Below the pieces are notes generated by a model. The model was given only the letters and a program-made list of their open reading frames with translations. It was not told the DNA's origin and ran no database searches. Both the position numbers and the translations under genes were made by a program. Shown piece by piece: positions 57,299 to 64,000 of a DNA stretch of 64,000 nt (positions are counted from its first letter, which is position 1; each line of letters opens with the position of its first letter). Source of the DNA: Clostridia bacterium (lineage in GTDB: Bacteria; Bacillota; Clostridia; Oscillospirales; CAG-272); the NCBI GenBank assembly GCA_017451915.1, contig JAFTNJ010000039.1:87532-151531 (forward strand), read 5' to 3'.

Positions 57299-57327
57299 AT
57301 TATAGCACAACAAGACAAATATTGCAA
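57299..57327 (-). promoter_or_regulatory. alr promoter overlapped by the AAGACAAATATTGC motif
   Basis: TTGCAA-17 bp-TATAAT; motif at 57312-57325 covers the -35 and spacer. Confidence 0.65.
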
Positions 57328-57417
57328 TCCTTTTTGCACATCAAATCCAAAAATAATTCATATATTTGGATTGAGTGGACAAGGATCGTTGTTTTTTGGG
57401 TCAAAAGGAGGAGGATC

Positions 57418-57936
57418 ATGTCAAAATATCTGCAAGGAATTGCGCTGCTGGTGATTCTGGGAGTGCTGTTGGGAGCGGTCTCCTGCGCCCCGTCGGTGCC
57501 CGCGCCCCTGGAGGCGTTGGCAGGCAGCTTTTCCGCACAGGTGGGCGGCGAAATGAACGGCGTGGAATTCTATGCGGACATGGAAATCCTTCGGGAAGGG
57601 GAGACGACGCAGATCCGGCTGATCTATCGGTCGCCCGTGGCCCTGGAGGGGCTGACGCTGGAGCAGACGGGCGGGAAGGACGCCCCTGTTACGGTGCGCT
57701 TGGGAGAGCTGGCCCTGGAGGTTTCGGCCGCGGCGGTGGCGGGCTGGATGCGCCCGGCCCGCGTACTTCTTGATCTGCAGGAGCAGGATCTGCAATCGGC
57801 CGAGCGAACCGGGGAGGACTCCTATCGCTTTGTTTTTTCCGGAGATCAGACCCTGACCGTAACCGCCCAAGGGCTCCCTCTTGCCTACGAGAGCCCCTCC
57901 CTCACCTTTTCCATCCTGCGCTTTCAAAACAAGTAA
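57418..57936 (+). CDS. hypothetical lipoprotein
   Basis: AGGAGGAGG RBS; MSKYLQGIALLVILGVLLGAVSC lipobox; beta-rich. Confidence 0.7.
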   Translation: MSKYLQGIALLVILGVLLGAVSCAPSVPAPLEALAGSFSAQVGGEMNGVEFYADMEILREGETTQIRLIYRSPVALEGLTLEQTGGKDAPVTVRLGELALEVSAAAVAGWMRPARVLLDLQEQDLQSAERTGEDSYRFVFSGDQTLTVTAQGLPLAYESPSLTFSILRFQNK

Positions 57937-58110
57937 TGGTTTTCGTTCCCCATCCGTGCCATGGGGAACCGCTTTCGCGTCCTGCTGTTCAATGACTACG
58001 TCTTGCAAAAAACCTCGATTTTTGTTCCAAAAACAGGGCGTAGCGGGCGGATTTTTCGTTTTTTTGCACAAACAGATGCAAAAGTCACCATTGTTCGTAT
58101 ATTTTGTACA

Positions 58111-58139
58111 TTGACACAAAGCCGTTTTTGTGGTAAAAT
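58111..58139 (+). promoter_or_regulatory. sigma-A-like promoter upstream of glg operon
   Basis: TTGACA-17 bp-TAAAAT; second candidate TTGATT-16-TATAAT at 58355-58382. Confidence 0.55.
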
Positions 58140-58497
58140 AACAAGTGTATTTTGAAGTTTTGATTGATTTGCATAAAATTGAAAGCGATTCTTGTTAAAA
58201 ACGAACATAACTAAAAACGGCGAAAATCCAAAGGGACGGTTGCAAATCCTGAAAGAACGGGGCAAATCTCCGCGTTTTTTCTCAAAAAATGCCACACGTT
58301 TCTGTGATTTCGCCATTTTTTGTGCAATAATCAACAAAAACAAGCAGTTCCCTCTTGATTTTTTTGTGATATGTGATATAATATTAGGAGATAATAGCAT
58401 CACTCCCCTGTTCCGCGGATCCAAACATAAAAATCCCGGATCCAACACATTCTAAAAAGAGCGCGGGGAATCTGCAAAAAAAGAAAGGAAGTGCCGC

Positions 58498-60447
58498 ATG
58501 CAACCCCAAGACCTGCCCATTCTCAGCACCGCAACCGCGGCACCTCCTGCAGAGGAGCTGGCACAGTTCTATTTCCATCAGGGCACATCGGCCCGCGCCT
58601 ACGCCTTGCTCGGATCACACCGCATCCCGGGCGGCCAACGGGTCTTTCGTGTCTGGGCCCCCAACGCCGAGTACGTCGCCCTCTGCGGTGATTTCAACAC
58701 CTGGGATCCGGAAGCGCACCCCCTGCGACGCCTCTCCGAGGAGGGGATCTGGGAGGGACGCCTGCCCGCGGATCTGGCTCTTCCCGGGCATCGCTACAAG
58801 TATTTCCTCTCGGGGCAGGGCAGGGAGGCCATGAAGGCCGATCCCTTTGCCACGGTCTGCGAGGACGCCCCCAACGGAGCCTCGGTCATTGAGGATGGGG
58901 AGGTACACCCCTGGCGGGACGCCGGCTGGCTGGCCTACCGCAAGGGACGCTTTGGTCGGGACACGGCCAAGGCTCAGGCTATCAACATTTACGAGGTCGA
59001 TCCTCTCACCTGGCAACGGGACGGAAGCGGCGAGCCTCTGTCCTATCCCACGCTGGGGCGGGAGCTGGCCTCCTACGCCAAGCAAATGGGATACACCCAC
59101 GTGGAGCTTCTTTCTCCGGGAGCGCTTCTCTGGGAAAGCGGCGCCGTCCGAGGGCTTTACGCCCCTCTGTCACGGCAGGGAGGTCCCGCCGCCCTGATGG
59201 AGCTGGTGGACAGTCTCCACGAGGCCGGCATTGGAGTCATCCTCGGCTGGAACCCTCTGTGGTTCCCCACGGACGAGCCGGGTCTGCACCTCTTTGACGG
59301 CACCGACCTGTACGGCAGCGAGCAGAGCGGCGCGGCACCGGCAGGGACCCGTGCCTTTGCCCTGGGACGCCCCCAGGTGCGCAGCTATCTCATCTCCTGC
59401 GCCGCGTACTGGGCCGAGCGTTACCACGTGGACGGCCTGCATCTGCCCTCGATCTCGCCCCTGCTCTATCTGGATTACGGCAAGGGACCGGGAGAATGGA
59501 CCCCCAACCGCTACGGCGACAGCCGGGATCTGGACGCGATGGATTTCTTCCGGCAGCTCAACGCCCGCATGGCGGCGGATTACCCCGACGTCATGATGAT
59601 CACCGAGGAGACCTCGGGCTGGAGCAACGTTACGGGATCCGCGCCGGGAAGCCTGGGATTTACCCTGCTTTGGCAACGGCGGTGGCAGACCGATGCCCTC
59701 AACTACCTCAAGGAGGACCCTCTGTGGCGGCATTACCACCACGAAAAGCTTCTGTCCCCTCTGCGGGACGCTCCCCACGAGAGCTATTTGCTCCCCCTCT
59801 CCCACACCGAGGTGGGGTTGGGAAGGCCCTCTCTGCTGGAGCGATCTCCGGGAAGCTACGAGCAAAAATTTGCCGGGGTCCGCACCTTCCTCACCTATCT
59901 CATGACCCATCCGGGAAAAAAGCTGCTCTTTATGGGCAGTGAATACGGGGTCTTCCGCCCCTGGCGTCCCGAGCAACCTCCCGAATGGTTTATGACCGAT
60001 TTTGAGATCCACGCAAGGCTGCAACGCTTTGTGGCGGCCCTCAACCATTTCTATCTGGAGCAGCCTCCCCTCTGGGAGCTGGACGGCCGATCCCGGGGCT
60101 TTGCCTGGATCGACGCCAATAATCGGGAGCAAAGCGTTTATTCCTACCGCCGCGCGGACCGCGAGGGAAGGGAGCTGATCATCTTGCTCAACTTCCTGCC
60201 GGTCAAGCGGGAGGAGTTCCGCCTCGCCGTCCCCCGGGCAGGGGTGTACGAGGAGGTCTTTAACTCCGACGCGCCGGCATACGGCGGCCAGGGGATCCTC
60301 AATCCCGGCAAGTACAAAACCGAACCCTATTACGCAGGGGAGCACGGACACGCCATTCGGGTCACCGTTCCCCCCACCGGCGCGCTGATCTTTCGGTGCG
60401 TCGAGCGAGCGCCTCGCAAAACCGCGACCCGCGCCCGCAATGGATGA
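58498..60447 (+). CDS. glgB: GlgB-like GH13 branching enzyme homolog, predicted catalytically inactive
   Basis: FRVWAPNA, QMGYTHVEL, HPGKKLLFMG present, but DGLHLPSI replaces DxLRVDAV and SHTEV replaces SHDEV. Confidence 0.8.
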   Translation: MQPQDLPILSTATAAPPAEELAQFYFHQGTSARAYALLGSHRIPGGQRVFRVWAPNAEYVALCGDFNTWDPEAHPLRRLSEEGIWEGRLPADLALPGHRYKYFLSGQGREAMKADPFATVCEDAPNGASVIEDGEVHPWRDAGWLAYRKGRFGRDTAKAQAINIYEVDPLTWQRDGSGEPLSYPTLGRELASYAKQMGYTHVELLSPGALLWESGAVRGLYAPLSRQGGPAALMELVDSLHEAGIGVILGWNPLWFPTDEPGLHLFDGTDLYGSEQSGAAPAGTRAFALGRPQVRSYLISCAAYWAERYHVDGLHLPSISPLLYLDYGKGPGEWTPNRYGDSRDLDAMDFFRQLNARMAADYPDVMMITEETSGWSNVTGSAPGSLGFTLLWQRRWQTDALNYLKEDPLWRHYHHEKLLSPLRDAPHESYLLPLSHTEVGLGRPSLLERSPGSYEQKFAGVRTFLTYLMTHPGKKLLFMGSEYGVFRPWRPEQPPEWFMTDFEIHARLQRFVAALNHFYLEQPPLWELDGRSRGFAWIDANNREQSVYSYRRADREGRELIILLNFLPVKREEFRLAVPRAGVYEEVFNSDAPAYGGQGILNPGKYKTEPYYAGEHGHAIRVTVPPTGALIFRCVERAPRKTATRARNG

Positions 60448-60477
60448 CGATATTATTTTTTAGGAGGATACAAGGAT

Positions 60478-61662
60478 ATGTTCAAGAAAAAAGAGTGCGT
60501 AGCCATGTTGTTGGCAGGCGGCCAGGGCAGCCGTCTTTACGCATTGACACAAAAGACTGCCAAGCCCTCGGTTTCCTACGGCGGCAAGTACCGCATCATC
60601 GACTTCCCCCTTTCCAACTGCATCAACTCCGGCATTGATACCGTCGGAGTCTTGACCCAGTACCAGCCCCTGCGCCTCAACGAGTACATTGGCAACGGTC
60701 TGCCTTGGGATCTGGACCGCACCTTTGGCGGTGTTAAGATCCTGCCCCCCTACCAGGGCTTTGGCGGTGCCGATTGGTACAAGGGCACGGCCAACGCCAT
60801 CTGGCAAAACATGGAGTTCATCAACCAGTACGATCCCGAATACGTGATCATTCTTTCGGGCGACCACATCTACAAAATGGACTACGCCAAGATGCTGGCG
60901 TACCACAAGCAAAAGGGTGCCGACTGTACCATCGCGGTCATTGAGGTTCCCATGGAGGAGGCCAGCCGCTTTGGTATTATGAGCACCACCGAGGACGGCA
61001 CCATCTTCAAGTTCAGCGAAAAGCCCAAGAACCCCGATAGCAACAAGGCGTCCATGGGCATCTATATCTTCAACAAGAACAAGCTGGAGAGCTACCTCAG
61101 AGAGGACAGCAAGGATCCCGATTCGGCCAACGACTTTGGTAAGAACATCATTCCCGCCATGCTTGCCAACAAGGAAAAGATGGTGGCTTATCCCTTCGAG
61201 GGCTACTGGAAGGACGTTGGAACCATCTCCTCTCTGTGGGAGGCCAACATGGATCTTTTGGGCGACCGCCCCGTGCTGACCCTGAACGACGAGACCTGGC
61301 GCATTTACAGCCGTCACGGTGCCGAGGCACCTCAGTTCATCGGCGAGGACGCCACCGTGATCAATTCCTCGATCACTGCCGGATGCGAGATCCTGGGTGA
61401 GGTACGCAACAGCGTTCTGGGCCCCGGCGTTCGCGTAGGCAAGGGCGCCATCGTTGCCGATAGCGTCATTATGGCAAACGTAACCATTGAGGACGGTGCC
61501 ACCGTTTGGTACTCGATCCTGGACGAGAACGTGACCATTGGTAAAAACGCCACCGTTGGCGAATCCCGCGATACGGCCACCGAGGTTGCCGTGATTGGTG
61601 CCGACGTTGTAATTGCTCCCGGCAGCGTTACGCCCGCCGGCGCAATGATTTCCGAGAATTAA
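60478..61662 (+). CDS. glgC: glucose-1-phosphate adenylyltransferase
   Basis: [42 protein letters not shown]. Confidence 0.95.
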   Translation: MFKKKECVAMLLAGGQGSRLYALTQKTAKPSVSYGGKYRIIDFPLSNCINSGIDTVGVLTQYQPLRLNEYIGNGLPWDLDRTFGGVKILPPYQGFGGADWYKGTANAIWQNMEFINQYDPEYVIILSGDHIYKMDYAKMLAYHKQKGADCTIAVIEVPMEEASRFGIMSTTEDGTIFKFSEKPKNPDSNKASMGIYIFNKNKLESYLREDSKDPDSANDFGKNIIPAMLANKEKMVAYPFEGYWKDVGTISSLWEANMDLLGDRPVLTLNDETWRIYSRHGAEAPQFIGEDATVINSSITAGCEILGEVRNSVLGPGVRVGKGAIVADSVIMANVTIEDGATVWYSILDENVTIGKNATVGESRDTATEVAVIGADVVIAPGSVTPAGAMISEN

Positions 61663-61676
61663 GGAGGGGACACAGT

Positions 61677-62807
61677 ATGACTGCAGCAGGATTGATCTTT
61701 TCCAATATCCACGATCAAAGCATTCCCGAAATGACGCGGATGCGTACCATGGCGAGCATTCCCTACGGATGCCGCTACCGCCTGATCGACTTTGCCCTTT
61801 CCAACATGGTCAACTCGGGCGTTACCAACGTGGGCGTTATTGCTCACTACAACTATCAGTCCCTTCTGGACCACATCGGCACCGGTAAGGACTGGGATCT
61901 GGCCCGTCGCTCCGGCGGTATCAAGATCCTTCCCCCTTATATCACCGCGTACGAGAACCGGGCGGCAGGCAAGCTTTACGAGAACCGCCTGGAGGCCGTG
62001 CTCGGAGCCATCAACTTCATCAACCGTTGCAACGCCGACTACCTCATTCTCTCGGACTGTGACGTGATTCTGAACATCGACCTGAAGAAGGTTCTGGAGG
62101 AGCACATTCAGTCGGGAGCTTACATGACCCTGGTGGGCAAGGAGCTGACCGCGGGCGAGAGCTATGAGACCGCCGTCAACGTCCTCACCGCCGACGAAAG
62201 CGGACGTTTGACCGACCTGGCCTGCTACAAGCCCGAGGGCGAAGCGGTCTGCGTTTCCACCAACATTATGATCGTTGGACGGAGCGACCTGCAAAACATC
62301 GTCTCCGAGTCGATTGCCAGAGGCTACAAGAGCTTCTATCAGGACATCATTGCAAAGCAGATGGCAAGCAAGCTGATCCGCGTGCACAAGTTTGAGGGCT
62401 GGTGCACCCACATTTCCTCTCTGGAGGGCTACTTCCAGAGCTCCATGGATCTGCTCAAATCCGAGGTACGGGACAGCCTGTTCAACGCCGAGGATCGCCG
62501 CATTTACACCAAGATCCGCAACAGCGCGCCTTCTCATTATTCCAACCGTGCCGAGGTCAAGAACAGCCTGGTTGCCGACGGTTGCGTCATCGACGGCACC
62601 GTAGAGAACTGCATTCTGTTCCGCGGTGTACGGGTAGGCAAGGGAACGGTTCTTAAGAACTGCATTCTGTTGCAGGACACTTACGTTGGAGACAACGTCA
62701 ACCTCAACTGCGTGATCACCGATAAGAACGCCGTAATCAAGGACGGCCGCAACCTCTCGGGACACGAGACCATGCCCTTCTTTATCGGCAAGGATCAAAC
62801 GGTTTAA
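61677..62807 (+). CDS. glgD: glucose-1-phosphate adenylyltransferase subunit GlgD
   Basis: YRLIDFALSN, DHIGTGKDWDL; lacks the GGxGxRL catalytic loop; follows glgC. Confidence 0.92.
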   Translation: MTAAGLIFSNIHDQSIPEMTRMRTMASIPYGCRYRLIDFALSNMVNSGVTNVGVIAHYNYQSLLDHIGTGKDWDLARRSGGIKILPPYITAYENRAAGKLYENRLEAVLGAINFINRCNADYLILSDCDVILNIDLKKVLEEHIQSGAYMTLVGKELTAGESYETAVNVLTADESGRLTDLACYKPEGEAVCVSTNIMIVGRSDLQNIVSESIARGYKSFYQDIIAKQMASKLIRVHKFEGWCTHISSLEGYFQSSMDLLKSEVRDSLFNAEDRRIYTKIRNSAPSHYSNRAEVKNSLVADGCVIDGTVENCILFRGVRVGKGTVLKNCILLQDTYVGDNVNLNCVITDKNAVIKDGRNLSGHETMPFFIGKDQTV

Positions 62808-62869
62808 AATCAGCACAGCACCCACTGTGAAAGTTTTTCTCAAAGTTTGGAATACGCACCGCCCCCACC

Positions 62870-63083
62870 GTGAAAGTTTTGGTCGAGCTTTTTCAAAAGC
62901 TCGCGCGGTGGAGGCTGCGCAAGCCTCCTCGCCGTCCGCAGACGGCGAAACTCCCCAAACGGCGTTTTTCTTTTGTTAACTTTTCTTTTTGCGCCAATGG
63001 TGTCAAAAAGAAAAGTGGCTGACAACTTTATGCTGTTTTTGGGATTGTGCAAACTCCTTAGTCACTTTTATCAAAACTTTCAC
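62870..63083. repeat. MITE-like element containing three-hairpin repeat copy B
   Basis: 12-bp perfect inverted repeat GTGAAAGTTTTG (62870) / CAAAACTTTCAC (63072); internal 62873-62956 homologous to 34825-34907. Confidence 0.65.
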
Positions 63084-63158
63084 CGCGTGGTAGTGCGAAC
63101 ATTGCGAGTTACGTTAAAAATAATTCTTTCAAAATGAGATGAAAGGGAAACAATTACT

Positions 63159-64000
63159 ATGAAAAAAATCATGTTCGTAGGTGCCGAGGTTATGCCCTTT
63201 GCGGCAACCGGCGGCCTTGGGGACGTGCTTGGCTCTCTGCCTCAGGCTCTGGCGGCGGAAGGGGATACCGACGTTCGCGTGGTACTTCCTCTGTACGCGG
63301 CTGTGTCCGAGGATTGGCGTCGCAAAATGAAGCAGGAGAGCGTGTTCTACGTATCTCTGGCTTGGCGCGAGCAATACTGCGGCGTGTTCAGCCTGAAGAA
63401 GGACGGCGTTACCTACTATTTCCTGGATAACGAATACTACTTCAAGCGTCCCAATTTGTACGGCTTTTTTGACGACGGTGAGCGTTACGCTTACTTCTGT
63501 ATGGCAGCCATGGAGCTGATGACCCGTCTGGACTTCTTCCCCGACGTGCTTCACGCCCACGACTGGCAGGCGGCTCTGTCGGTGGTGTACCTCAACTGCA
63601 TCTACCGCAACCGTCCCGGATACGAAAATATCCGCACCGTATTCACCATTCACAACATCGAGTATCAGGGCTTCTATGATTTCTCCATTCTCGGTGACGT
63701 TTTCTCCCTTGGCGAGAACGAGCACTCCCTGATGGAGCACGACGGATGCATCAACCTGATGAAGGCCGCCGTAGAGTGTGCCGATCGGGTTACCACCGTC
63801 AGCCCCCGGTACGCCCAGGAGATCCAATGGGCCGAGTACGCCCACGGTCTGGAGGGCTGCCTCTGCCGCAACGCTTACAAGCTCAGCGGTATCCTCAACG
63901 GCATCGACTACAAGTATTACAATCCCAAGACCGACAAGGTCATCGCCGCCCCCTTTGGCGTGCGCAGTCTTGCCGGAAAGACCAAGAACAAGCTGGCTCT
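63159..64000 (+). CDS. glgA: glycogen synthase, 3'-truncated by window edge
   Basis: Translated by hand: MKKIMFVGAEVMPFAATGGLGDV...HAHDWQ...TIHNIEYQG...GILNGID. Confidence 0.93.
   Translation, partial: MKKIMFVGAEVMPFAATGGLGDVLGSLPQALAAEGDTDVRVVLPLYAAVSEDWRRKMKQESVFYVSLAWREQYCGVFSLKKDGVTYYFLDNEYYFKRPNLYGFFDDGERYAYFCMAAMELMTRLDFFPDVLHAHDWQAALSVVYLNCIYRNRPGYENIRTVFTIHNIEYQGFYDFSILGDVFSLGENEHSLMEHDGCINLMKAAVECADRVTTVSPRYAQEIQWAEYAHGLEGCLCRNAYKLSGILNGIDYKYYNPKTDKVIAAPFGVRSLAGKTKNKLA

Noticed and set aside
58179-58193. cre/LacI-like TGAAAGCGATTC upstream of glgB
   Set aside because: Only the left half matches the consensus; insufficient support

Overview
64 kb of bacterial chromosome, GC-rich in coding regions, most likely from a spore-forming Clostridia-type Firmicute (safA/CAP, soj-spo0J, glgCD, Clostridial split PurH). 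It is probably close to the origin: mnmG-rsmG-3xparS-soj-spo0J-serS is present and most genes lie on the minus strand. From left to right: a ZMP/ZTP-riboswitch-led purine operon; M20 peptidase and GH43; an AT-rich LysR/DUF554 islet; transport and ComM genes; a 15-kb surface-protein block with three tandem ~1330-1360 aa lipoproteins (beta-helix + Cys motif + CBM-like + ComEC-type MBL hydrolase); an AraC/GH16/DgoD/GH16/SDR/lactonase cluster; an XRE gene flanked by direct repeats; three tandem CE2-like SGNH lipoproteins; the partition/RNA-modification block; an alr-DUF5722-like-araC-ahcY-mnmG run sharing a perfect 14-bp intergenic motif; and a glycogen operon whose GlgB has lost key catalytic residues. 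Several palindromic REP/MITE-like elements lie inside operons. No rRNA, tRNA, CRISPR array, transposase, integrase or reverse transcriptase was seen. All calls come from reading motifs by eye, with no database searches.
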